Below are positions 35,927 through 43,758 of a stretch of DNA of 60,698 bases, one piece after another. This stretch comes from a virus (taxonomy: Duplodnaviria > Caudoviricetes): positions 1 through 60,698 of the IMG/VR virus record IMGVR_UViG_3300018481_000007; one strand, given 5' to 3'. Within the stretch, counting starts at the first letter, position 1; each line of letters starts with the position of its first letter. The notes beneath the pieces were generated by a model, which ran no database searches, was not told where the DNA came from, and saw only the letters and a list, made by a program, of their open reading frames with translations. Made by a program: the position numbers and the translations under genes.

Positions 35927-36201
35927 TGGCCTACTCCGATGTCCTGGCCCTGCACGAGGACCCCGACTTCGCCGGTCGCACCCAGGCCTGCGTGGCGATC
36001 GAGACCCTGGGGGACGACCCGCTGGTCGACCCGGGGGCATGGCAGGCGCAGCACGCCTGGGAGATGGCGGCCCAGCCCGGGTTCGGCGACGCCTACGCGA
36101 GTGCGCTGGCCGCCGACCCACCCATTGAGCGACCGGGGAACGACACCTCGGTGATCAGTGACGCCCAGATCCTGTCGGCCGTGCAGTCGGTGATGGCGTG
36201 A
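35926..36201 (+). CDS. Small acidic protein, tandem paralog B
   Basis: MAAQPGFGDAYASA...VISDAQILSAVQ. Confidence 0.75.
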   Translation: MAYSDVLALHEDPDFAGRTQACVAIETLGDDPLVDPGAWQAQHAWEMAAQPGFGDAYASALAADPPIERPGNDTSVISDAQILSAVQSVMA

Positions 36202-36704
36202 CCTTCATCCCGACACCCAAGGCCGACCTGATCCCCCTGCCGCAGTTGGACGGCGCCATCGTCGCGGTCACCCAGCAGGTGCTCAGTCGGCTGCACCACG
36301 CCGAGCAGGCGGCCGACTGGGCAGCCTCGGCCATCGCCGACCTGTACGAGGACCAGCCCGGTGGTGGTGGCATCTGGGAGTGGTCGGGACAGCCGTTCGG
36401 CACCGACCCCGGAGTGGGCGCGCTGCTGGTCACCGTGGCCTCCGGCAGCAACCGCACCATCGTCTTCGCCAAGTCCGACGCCGACGGCCTGACACCCTCG
36501 CTGGACCTGCTCACCCAAGGCTCCACCCTGGTGCTCACCGACGACCCGGCAGCCCCACCGGTGACCGCGTTCCGTCAGTACGTGGTGGCGAGTGACCCGA
36601 CCGACCACGGCACCTGGGTGTCGATGCTGGCGGTCCGGGTGGCGACCTTCGGCACCCAGGACACCCCCACCGTGGGCACCCGGGTGCGGCTGCTGATCCG
36701 GTGA
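36198..36704 (+). CDS. Hypothetical protein, possibly virion-associated
   Basis: GTGA overlaps; codon bias. Confidence 0.7.
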   Translation: MTFIPTPKADLIPLPQLDGAIVAVTQQVLSRLHHAEQAADWAASAIADLYEDQPGGGGIWEWSGQPFGTDPGVGALLVTVASGSNRTIVFAKSDADGLTPSLDLLTQGSTLVLTDDPAAPPVTAFRQYVVASDPTDHGTWVSMLAVRVATFGTQDTPTVGTRVRLLIR

Positions 36705-37561
36705 CCGAGTGCCTCGACCTCTACTGCGGCGGCGGTGGGGCCGGGGAGGGCTACCGACAGGCCGGGTTCACCATGACCGGGGTGGACCGGCAGCGGCGGC
36801 AGACCGGCTACCCACCGGGGACCCTGCTGGTGACCGACGTGCGGGAGGTCTTAGACGACCTAAGGTTCCTGCGCCGCTTCACCTTCATCCACGCCTCGCC
36901 GCCCTGTCAGCCGTTCACCCGGGCCTCCCACCTGCGGACCGCTCAGGGCAAGGTGACCACCACCGAGGACCTGGTCGCCTACACCCGGGAGCGGCTGGTC
37001 GCCAGTGGGGTGCCGTGGGTGATGGAGAACGTGCCGGAGGCCCCGATGCGGCGGGACCTGCTGCTCTGCGGGTCGTTCTTCCCCGAGTGCTCGATCACCG
37101 ACGCGACCGGGAGACGATGGCTGCAGCGGCACCGCATCTTCGAGTTCGGGGGTGGGGCGAGGGTGCCGTTCCAGGCTCGGTGCAGGCACGCCCAGGGCCG
37201 GAAGCTTGACACTGTGATGATGCGGCGCCGGCCACTGGGGGTCTACCACAAACTGGACGACGCGATCCCCTCCGGTGGGCAGACGGCGGCCACCCTGGCG
37301 GACGCGAGAGCGCTGATGGGCATCGGTTGGATGTCGTTCGAGGCGCTGGCGGAGGCGATCCCTCCGGCCTACACCCGCTACATCGGGTCAGCGCAACTCA
37401 AACAGGTACGCCAGCCGCTGCCGGTCGTTGTCCCCGGGGACGTCGAACCAGGTAGCCATCTCGTCACCGGTGAGGTGCACGCTGACGGTGTAGCCGGGCT
37501 CGATCGGGGTGGGCTCGGGAACCGGCGGGGGCTCGACGTAGCCGGTGCCCAGCAGCCGTAG
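36701..37561 (+). CDS. C5 cytosine DNA methyltransferase 1
   Basis: DLYCGGGG; ASPPCQ; MENV; RHRIFE; EAIPPAYTRYIG. Confidence 0.85.
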   Translation: MTECLDLYCGGGGAGEGYRQAGFTMTGVDRQRRQTGYPPGTLLVTDVREVLDDLRFLRRFTFIHASPPCQPFTRASHLRTAQGKVTTTEDLVAYTRERLVASGVPWVMENVPEAPMRRDLLLCGSFFPECSITDATGRRWLQRHRIFEFGGGARVPFQARCRHAQGRKLDTVMMRRRPLGVYHKLDDAIPSGGQTAATLADARALMGIGWMSFEALAEAIPPAYTRYIGSAQLKQVRQPLPVVVPGDVEPGSHLVTGEVHADGVAGLDRGGLGNRRGLDVAGAQQP

Positions 37562-37927
37562 TTCGGTCTGCAGCAGCAGGTCGATCTGGGGGGCGAGCAG
37601 CCCCAGGTCCACGATGGCCAGCCGAGCCAGTTCGTTGTCCCCCAGCAGGATCCGCAGCGCGGTGGTGTCGTCCACGTCCAGCCAGACCACCGGGATCCTT
37701 AGGCTGCCTAACCTCAGACAGGCGGCGTAGGTGGTGTTCCCCGCCAGGATGTAGCCGGTGCTCCGCTGCACGTAGACCGGCCGGTACATGCCGTTGATCT
37801 CGATGGACTCGGTGATCGCGTCCTCGTCCCCGGAGGAGGGGTTGTCCGGGTGTGGCCGGACCATCTCGACCGACTCGAACAGCGGCTCCAGGGAGGGGTG
37901 GAACCTGACGTGGCCGGAGGTGATCAC
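37388..37927 (-). CDS. ParB-like N-terminal (ParB/Srx) domain protein
   Basis: PHPDNP..GD...I.ESI...G..RPV.V....ILAGN. Confidence 0.8.
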   Translation of the reverse strand: MITSGHVRFHPSLEPLFESVEMVRPHPDNPSSGDEDAITESIEINGMYRPVYVQRSTGYILAGNTTYAACLRLGSLRIPVVWLDVDDTTALRILLGDNELARLAIVDLGLLAPQIDLLLQTELRLLGTGYVEPPPVPEPTPIEPGYTVSVHLTGDEMATWFDVPGDNDRQRLAYLFELR

Positions 37928-38010
37928 CGCCGTCTCCTCAGGCGGCGAGCCCTGGCCCGACGCAGCGCCCTGATCTTGCGCTGCCTGCGCTCGTAGAGGC
38001 TGTTGCTCAT
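37924..38010 (-). CDS. 28-aa Arg-rich peptide
   Basis: MSNSLYERRQRKIRALRRARARRLRRRR; GTGA overlap with the ParB-N gene. Confidence 0.4.
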   Translation of the reverse strand: MSNSLYERRQRKIRALRRARARRLRRRR

Positions 38011-38021
38011 GCCGGGTGGTC

Positions 38022-38654
38022 TCACGGGATGCTCCTGCCGATGTGCTCGGTGTACGCCGGGGGGATGGCCTGGGCCAGGCTCCTCTTGCTGGTGATCCAG
38101 GGGGCGTCGAGCGCCTGCTGCCACTGCTCCAGGGTGCCCTTGTAGCCGCCACTGTGGCCCCAGACCCCGGACATCGAGCCCTTGATCCGTCGGCCGTGCC
38201 GCCACCCGTCCACCCGGCCGACGTGCTTGGGGTGCGGCGGGCGGGGGACCGGGAAGGACACCTCGAAGTAGCGGTGCCGGTAGGTGGAGAGACCGAACAT
38301 GGCCCCGCACAGGGTGATGTCGGGGCGCAGGTTGGCCCCCTTGACGTTCTCCACGATGGTCGGCAGCGGCAGGGCGGCGAGCATCCGGCGGGTCTGCGGC
38401 ACCAGGTCGGTGTGCCCGGTGGTGTTGCCCCAGGTGCCGGTGGTCAGGGTGGAGGAGGCCTGGCACGGCGGGGAGGCGTGCACGGCGTCGAACTCCATCC
38501 AGTGCTCCTCGCAAAACTCCAGGGCGTCACCGAGCACGAACGTGAAGGGGTAGTCGGGCTGATTCTCGTTATCCACACCGGTCACCGTCCAGCCAGCCCG
38601 GTGATAACCGACCGAGCACCCCCCGGCACCGCAGAAAAGGTCCAACAACCTCAC
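38022..38654 (-). CDS. C5 cytosine DNA methyltransferase 2
   Basis: DLFCGAGG; ASPPCQ; VENV; RHRYFE; QAIPPAYTEHIG. Confidence 0.9.
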   Translation of the reverse strand: MRLLDLFCGAGGCSVGYHRAGWTVTGVDNENQPDYPFTFVLGDALEFCEEHWMEFDAVHASPPCQASSTLTTGTWGNTTGHTDLVPQTRRMLAALPLPTIVENVKGANLRPDITLCGAMFGLSTYRHRYFEVSFPVPRPPHPKHVGRVDGWRHGRRIKGSMSGVWGHSGGYKGTLEQWQQALDAPWITSKRSLAQAIPPAYTEHIGRSIP

Positions 38655-38839
38655 TTCTTGCCACACAGGGTGCAGCCGGGGGCCTTCTTGTTGGCTGCTT
38701 TCTTGTTGGCGGCCTTCCGGTTCGGTGCCTTCTTGCCGATATTGGCGTCAGCGGCCGCTTTCGCCTTGGCGAAGTTGGCTTTCTTCAGTTTTGCGGCCCG
38801 GCCCGAGCAGCATTTCATCTGGGGGGCCGCTACTACCAT
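38651..38839 (-). CDS. Lys/Ala-rich basic protein
   Basis: KAANKKAANKKAP repeats; terminal CTLC. Confidence 0.55.
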   Translation of the reverse strand: MVVAAPQMKCCSGRAAKLKKANFAKAKAAADANIGKKAPNRKAANKKAANKKAPGCTLCGKK

Positions 38840-38840
38840 C

Positions 38841-39197
38841 TCAGGAGCCTTTCTGGGTGCGTTCGATGGTCGAAATCGGTATGTCGGACTCCGATACCCA
38901 CCACCGTAGAGGCATGGCACCGGGATTACCGTCCAGACCGAGCCTGTTGGCGAAGTCCACCTTGTTGTCGTGAGCCCACCGGGTCCATTTGACCGCAGAA
39001 TCGGTCTCCACCACCACCTTCCACTCGGTTCGGTTGCACCTCAGCATGAAGGAGGTCAGCCCGAGCCCCAGGACGTCGGGTTGTTCGAGGTCGGTGAGCC
39101 ACAGCAGGTGCCGGAAGGACAGAGGGTTCGGCCTGAGCACCCGATCGGCCTCGATCTTGGCTGCACTGTGCGAGCAGGTGAAATGAATCAGCCTCAT
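38841..39197 (-). CDS. Hypothetical protein, possible ADP-ribosyltransferase-like fold
   Basis: LIHFT....AKI....LRP...LWLTD. Confidence 0.55.
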   Translation of the reverse strand: MRLIHFTCSHSAAKIEADRVLRPNPLSFRHLLWLTDLEQPDVLGLGLTSFMLRCNRTEWKVVVETDSAVKWTRWAHDNKVDFANRLGLDGNPGAMPLRWWVSESDIPISTIERTQKGS

Positions 39198-39484
39198 CGC
39201 AGCCCTCCCGGCACGATGCAGGCGCCCTGGTGGCCGGGAGGCTGTGTGCATCCGGGCGGACAGGGCTCCCCGTTGGCGTCGACCTGCCCTCCCGGGTTGA
39301 CCTGAGCGGCCAACTCGTCGCACATCCGGCTCGCGTCCTCCTCGCTGTCGTGCTCCCACTGCCAGGAGGTCTTCTCCAGGCACCGCAGGATCACCCGCCA
39401 GTAGTCGCCATCATCGAGGTGCTCGTACCAGATCCCGACCACCTTGTCGGGGTTGAGCCACATGTCCTTCACGCGAACCAGCAT
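39194..39484 (-). CDS. Hypothetical protein
   Basis: Coupled overlaps. Confidence 0.65.
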   Translation of the reverse strand: MLVRVKDMWLNPDKVVGIWYEHLDDGDYWRVILRCLEKTSWQWEHDSEEDASRMCDELAAQVNPGGQVDANGEPCPPGCTQPPGHQGACIVPGGLR

Positions 39485-39774
39485 CACTCGTCCCTCATCT
39501 CGTCCATCAGGTCCAGCACCAGCCGGAAAGCGTCCCGGGTGGCCTTGCGACAGGCCCGCTCCTGCCTGCTCATCGGGCTCCTGAGCGCCTGAACCTCGGC
39601 GTAGGCCAGGGCCTCGATGCGGTCGTGCAGCATCACCTGGTCGACCACCAGCCTGCGGGCCACGAAGGCCATCGGGGCGTGGCAGTTGCCGCACAGGGGT
39701 CCGGAGTTGCCGTGCATCACGATCTCGCCGCCGTCGTGGGTGCAGAACTCGGGCTCCTGCAGTACGTCAGCCAT
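39484..39774 (-). CDS. Hypothetical protein
   Basis: GGAGGAG SD; CxxC. Confidence 0.65.
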   Translation of the reverse strand: MADVLQEPEFCTHDGGEIVMHGNSGPLCGNCHAPMAFVARRLVVDQVMLHDRIEALAYAEVQALRSPMSRQERACRKATRDAFRLVLDLMDEMRDE

Positions 39775-39889
39775 GAGACTCCTCCATCTCGACCAGGGTC
39801 CACAGCCACGACTCGGCCTGCTCGGGACTGATGCGGCGGTGGGCGAGCATGTCCAGCACCCAGCAGACCTGGGTCTCGAAGGGGCTCAT
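39767..39889 (-). CDS. Small hypothetical protein
   Basis: ATGA overlap. Confidence 0.5.
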   Translation of the reverse strand: MSPFETQVCWVLDMLAHRRISPEQAESWLWTLVEMEESHG

Positions 39890-40122
39890 GCCTGGTCCAT
39901 CTCGCTGGCCAGCAGCAACTCGCACACCGCACAGACCTCCATCGTGTCGTTGTCGGGGGTGTAGGTCGCCATCCCCAGCCCGCAGCGGGCGCACCGACCG
40001 GAGTACGCCGGTGTGCCGAAGGTCATCCGCACCCCCTGGTGCCAGATCACGATCAGCACCACCGCACCCTCGTGGGTGGTGATCTCCCACTGGCCCTCAC
40101 CGCTGATCTGCTCGACGCTCAT
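39886..40122 (-). CDS. Zinc-ribbon protein
   Basis: CARC...CAVC. Confidence 0.6.
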   Translation of the reverse strand: MSVEQISGEGQWEITTHEGAVVLIVIWHQGVRMTFGTPAYSGRCARCGLGMATYTPDNDTMEVCAVCELLLASEMDQA

Positions 40123-40301
40123 CGGGGCACCACCTCGAACCCTTCCTCGACCAACCAGGCGCGGATCTGGTTGAGGCTCATCTGCTTGTCCCTCAGTTCG
40201 ATCCAGGCCCACAGGGCTGCCTTCACCTTGGTCGCCTGGCTTCCCTGCACCTCCAGGAACGCGATGTCAGCGAACCAGGTGTCGATCTGGGGCTCAGACA
40301 C
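40119..40301 (-). CDS. Hypothetical protein
   Basis: GGAGGA SD. Confidence 0.6.
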   Translation of the reverse strand: MSEPQIDTWFADIAFLEVQGSQATKVKAALWAWIELRDKQMSLNQIRAWLVEEGFEVVPR

Positions 40302-40533
40302 GTCCGTCCTCCTCCGCGTCCTCAGCCACCTGGAGGGCGAAGTCCAGACCGGCGGGCTGCGAGGGCTCGTGCCCCCACCACCGGTCCCGGGCTCGCACCG
40401 CGTGCTCCCAGTCGATCAGCACGTTCTGGAGGAAGTGGGCCAGGATGAAGTCGGGGGTGTCGGAGCGGTTCTCGACACTGTGCCGGTTCAGGAGAGCCCG
40501 GAGTTCGTCGAGGAAGGTGGGCTGCTCAGCCAT
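40294..40533 (-). CDS. Hypothetical phage protein (LLNRHSVENRSDTPDFILA motif)
   Basis: Recognisable conserved small phage motif. Confidence 0.7.
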   Translation of the reverse strand: MAEQPTFLDELRALLNRHSVENRSDTPDFILAHFLQNVLIDWEHAVRARDRWWGHEPSQPAGLDFALQVAEDAEEDGRV

Positions 40534-40796
40534 CAGAACGACACCTCATGCCTGCTCAGGGACCGGCCGCAGTTGAAGCACCGGGCAGTCCCTGGACGCG
40601 GCTTCCAGCCCTTCGGGCACTCAGGGTCGGGACCCTCGACGGTGGGGAGTGCGGTGGTCCGCTGGGCAGCCTCGACCGCCTCCTTGACCCGGGCCTCGAT
40701 CAGGTCTCTGATCCATCGCACGCGGGCGACCGACCCTCGCTCCTCGTCCACCCTGGCGAGAGTCTTCTCGCTCAGTGTCAGTCTGATATCAGGCAT
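40533..40796 (-). CDS. Ribbon-helix-helix DNA-binding protein with C-terminal Cys motif
   Basis: IRLTLSEKTLARVDEERG..ARVRWIRDLIE; leaderless, TACACT lies 7 nt upstream. Confidence 0.7.
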   Translation of the reverse strand: MPDIRLTLSEKTLARVDEERGSVARVRWIRDLIEARVKEAVEAAQRTTALPTVEGPDPECPKGWKPRPGTARCFNCGRSLSRHEVSF

Positions 40797-40821
40797 GTAC
40801 CTAAGTGTACACGTCTGTACC
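40796..40821. promoter_or_regulatory. Three TGTAC(C/A) repeats at 10-bp spacing over the RHH promoter
   Basis: Copies at 40796, 40806 and 40816. Confidence 0.6.
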
Positions 40822-41029
40822 TCTTGGTATCACTGCCTTAGGTCCAAACTGCACTTGACTTTGGCCTCAACCAAACTGCCGGATGGGTACAGGGCTGGAT
40901 TGCGTAGGGGGGCCGGCGATTCGGCCGGAAGCCGTACTAGTGGGGGGTCCGAGCTCGGGATCCGTACGAACCGACCGCGATTAGGTCACCTAACCGCCCG
41001 TTTCACGCTTAATACTGAGTGGACTTGAA

Positions 41030-41058
41030 TTGACTTAGCGTGCACGCCGCGAGACAAT
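41030..41058 (+). promoter_or_regulatory. Promoter TTGACT-N17-GACAAT
   Basis: Consensus match upstream of 41172. Confidence 0.65.
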
Positions 41059-41171
41059 GGGGTTCTTGATCGCGGAAGGACAAGGCAAGGGGAGTCGGTC
41101 GGATGCCGACGAACCGCCCGAAGGATCAAGGCTTAGGCGATCTAATCGCCCCGAAGAAAGGACCGGACACA

Positions 41172-42149
41172 ATGTCCGTTTCGACTCCTGCCACACCGAG
41201 CGCCATGCCTGGCGCTGCTGTGGTGCGCAACACTCCTACTCACCTGGTCACCCTCTCGGGTGAGGTGAACCGCACCTACCGGGACATGACGCGAGAGCGT
41301 ATGTCACTGGCAGTCTCGACCGAAGGTGGACTCACCGAGTACGCCGATGAGTTGGTCGCGGTCTTCGACAGCCTCACCGAAGCAGAGCGGAAGATCGGTG
41401 ACGCAAAGCAGAAGACCGGGGCCTACGTCTACCGTGCGACGTTCCTCGCCACGGGTGACAAGGCCAAGGCTTCCGCCGCTGTGAAGGACCGACTCGGGAT
41501 CAAGGCCCCGACTCGGTACGGGTACCTGAGTAAGTTGCACTTCACGTTCGGTTTCGACTTCACCGACACCGAGTGGACTGCGCTCGTCAAGGCTGCTGAT
41601 CAAGACAAGGACTTCCGTAAGTTGTTGAATCGGGACGAGACTGCTGCCCCGGACGCGCCGCGGGTACAGCGGAAGGACCTCCTTGATCACCTCGCCATGC
41701 GTGAGGCGGAAGCCAAGGCTGCCAAGATCAAGGCCGAGCAGGAGGCAGCCGCCCGGGCGATCGCCGAGCGCAAGGCTGCCGAAGAAGCAGCGGAAGCCAA
41801 GCGCAAGGCCGATGAGGCTGCCGCTAGCGGACAGGATACGGGTGAGCGGCGTCCGGACGTCCCGACTGTAGGAGAGGGCGACAGCACCACTCCCCCGGAC
41901 GAGAGCGGGCAGCAGCGGGCAGCACAGCCGAACGGACTCGGGACGACCGCTACCCGTACCCGTGGAGCGATCCTCTCCGATATGGCGCGTGACCGTAACG
42001 AGTTCGGTACGCCGCGCGACGCGACCGAATGGGCGCGACTCAACGTCATCCTCGTGGCCATCACAGCCGCTCTCGACGCCGCAGACAGCGACGTCCGGGC
42101 GGAGGGTATGGCGAAATACGCCGCTATCACGGCGGACGAGAGCGCCTAG
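41172..42149 (+). CDS. Hypothetical 325-aa protein (helical core, Ala/Glu/Lys coiled coil)
   Basis: GAAAGGA SD; own promoter; many T-ending codons. Confidence 0.8.
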   Translation: MSVSTPATPSAMPGAAVVRNTPTHLVTLSGEVNRTYRDMTRERMSLAVSTEGGLTEYADELVAVFDSLTEAERKIGDAKQKTGAYVYRATFLATGDKAKASAAVKDRLGIKAPTRYGYLSKLHFTFGFDFTDTEWTALVKAADQDKDFRKLLNRDETAAPDAPRVQRKDLLDHLAMREAEAKAAKIKAEQEAAARAIAERKAAEEAAEAKRKADEAAASGQDTGERRPDVPTVGEGDSTTPPDESGQQRAAQPNGLGTTATRTRGAILSDMARDRNEFGTPRDATEWARLNVILVAITAALDAADSDVRAEGMAKYAAITADESA

Positions 42150-42156
42150 GCAGTAC

Positions 42157-42272
42157 GGGAGCACAGCCCCAGGGCTGTGCTCCCAGCATGGCAGCCCGCG
42201 CCATGCGCGCTAGGAAAGCACTAGCGCCGAACCCCCCGGGCTGCTGTGTTGGGAGTGAGCGCCGCTCACCCG
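42157..42272 (+). ncRNA. Candidate structured RNA element
   Basis: Several adjacent hairpins plus a 19-bp helix 42180-42198/42237-42255 with three G-U pairs. Confidence 0.4.
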
Positions 42273-42291
42273 CTACTGAGAGGAACCTGGA

Positions 42292-42501
42292 ATGTCCGAC
42301 CACAACTCACCCGAGCACCGATACGGAGACTGGGGCTGCCCGTGCGAAACCTGTGAACCTTCCGCGTCGATGCGCCAGACTCCCGTGTTCGCGGTCCGCC
42401 CGCCGTGCGAGGAGTCTTGGCCTTACCCGTGCGACTGTCAGCCATGGGCACGCGCTAGCGCCGCTCACACGTACGTTCCCTTCCACGTCCGTGGACTGTA
42501 G
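42292..42501 (+). CDS. Small Cys-rich hypothetical protein
   Basis: GAGGA SD; CPCETC, CDC; followed by a hairpin. Confidence 0.4.
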   Translation: MSDHNSPEHRYGDWGCPCETCEPSASMRQTPVFAVRPPCEESWPYPCDCQPWARASAAHTYVPFHVRGL

Positions 42502-42517
42502 GACCGTAGGACCGCAC

Positions 42518-42552
42518 ACGACCCCCGACCGCCTAGCGCGGTCGGGGGTCGT
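42518..42552 (+). terminator. 15-bp stem-loop
   Basis: ACGACCCCCGACCGC / GCGGTCGGGGGTCGT. Confidence 0.65.
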
Positions 42553-42606
42553 TGCATGTCCGGGTGACGCCGCTGTTAGTCCAGCTCCCGTACGAACCTC
42601 CGCCTC

Positions 42607-42714
42607 CCTGGCCGCGTCGGTTTCCTACCGACTCCTGGCCGCGTCGGTTTCTTTCCTCCCTGGCCGCGTGTCGGTTTCTTTCCCACCGAGCTCGGTGGCG
42701 GTTTCTTTCCCACC
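42607..42714. repeat. Four imperfect direct repeats plus a 16-bp palindrome
   Basis: CCTGGCCGCGTCGGTTTC at 42607 and 42634, variant at 42659, core at 42699; CCACCGAGCTCGGTGG at 42683-42698. Confidence 0.85.
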
Positions 42715-42873
42715 CCCGATTCGTTCGGGCGGAAACCGCCGGCACCGCCGCGCCCCGCGCGCGCACCACCACCACCCCCGCGCGACCGCCGCGCCGCCGC
42801 GCGCCGACAGATTCTGGTCAATGAACGTCAACGAACGGGGGCCGGTATTCCAGTCAATGAATGTCAGGTCAAG

Positions 42874-42902
42874 TTGACATAGTACGAGCAACCTAGTAAA
42901 CT
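42874..42902 (+). promoter_or_regulatory. Early promoter TTGACA-N17-TAAACT
   Basis: Near-consensus; flanks shared with the promoter at 47718. Confidence 0.85.
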
Positions 42903-43009
42903 GTAGTTTGAAGTGGAGGACTCTGTCCTCACCCCAGCCCCCGGTCGGATGCCGGGGGTTGCTGCGTTCTACCGGGACTTAGGCAACCTAAGTCCGAAAG
43001 GAGCAAGCC

Positions 43010-43204
43010 ATGTCTGACACCGATGTGCACGCCGCACACGCCGAGACCCTGGAGTTGGGTCACTACCGCCGGGTCGTCCGCGAGGAGACCCGCTACCTCA
43101 TCGACGCGCTGCACGCCCTGCGCAACGGCAGCCCCGAGGTGACCGAGGAGTTCCTCGACCGCGCTGTCCTCCACCTGTCCCGCCTGTCCAACCCCACCGC
43201 TTAG
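43010..43204 (+). CDS. Hypothetical protein
   Basis: AAGGAGCAA SD; stop codon lies in a 13-mer. Confidence 0.75.
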   Translation: MSDTDVHAAHAETLELGHYRRVVREETRYLIDALHALRNGSPEVTEEFLDRAVLHLSRLSNPTA

Positions 43205-43232
43205 TCAACCTAAGCAAGAAGGAGCAACCACC

Positions 43233-43757
43233 ATGTCAGTGCGTACCCGCACCATCGTGGCGGCGGCACTCAGTGCCCTCGCCCTAGGTGCCGCATTCGG
43301 TCACGACCGGATGCCCAACGACCTCGCCACGCTTAGTCAACCTAAGCCCGTCACGCCCACCATCGAGCGACCGTGCTCCACCGAGGACGCGGTCGGCCCG
43401 TGCTTCTGGGATGCCGAGGCCCAGGGCAACGGCAAGGGGCTGTCGTTCTGGATCCTGGAGGACGGCACCGTCGCCTACGTCACCGACCGAGCCACCGCCT
43501 ACCGCGCCTACCTCGCGGGCTATGCGGGCAACGGGTGCCAGGCCGACTTCGACGCCAACTACCGGGGCACCCGGTTCGTGCGTGACCTGCCCGAGGACCT
43601 GCAGCAGGAGTTGGCCGAGGGCCGGATGAGCCTGGACTCCGAGGGTCTCACCACCACACCGATGGTCGCCGACTACGGGGACGGGTCGGTGGTCGAGTTG
43701 CTCGATGACGTCATCACCCAGGTCATCGTGGTCGATGCCTACGACGGGCGGTGCTGA
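43233..43757 (+). CDS. Putative secreted/membrane protein
   Basis: Signal-like N-terminus; PC..ED..GPCFWDA...GNG.G.SF. Confidence 0.75.
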   Translation: MSVRTRTIVAAALSALALGAAFGHDRMPNDLATLSQPKPVTPTIERPCSTEDAVGPCFWDAEAQGNGKGLSFWILEDGTVAYVTDRATAYRAYLAGYAGNGCQADFDANYRGTRFVRDLPEDLQQELAEGRMSLDSEGLTTTPMVADYGDGSVVELLDDVITQVIVVDAYDGRC

Positions 43758-43758
43758 C

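Noticed and set aside
37388-37927. ParB-N protein as a true partitioning ParB acting on the parS
   Set aside because: It is short, lacks an evident HTH and the GxxR arginine patch (it has AGNTT), has no ParA partner, and sits among methyltransferases.
40935-40970. Cluster of 6-bp palindromes (ACTAGT, GAGCTC, GGATCC, CGTACG) resembling a polylinker
   Set aside because: No flanking vector sequence, and the CCGAGCTCGG core recurs natively at 42686.
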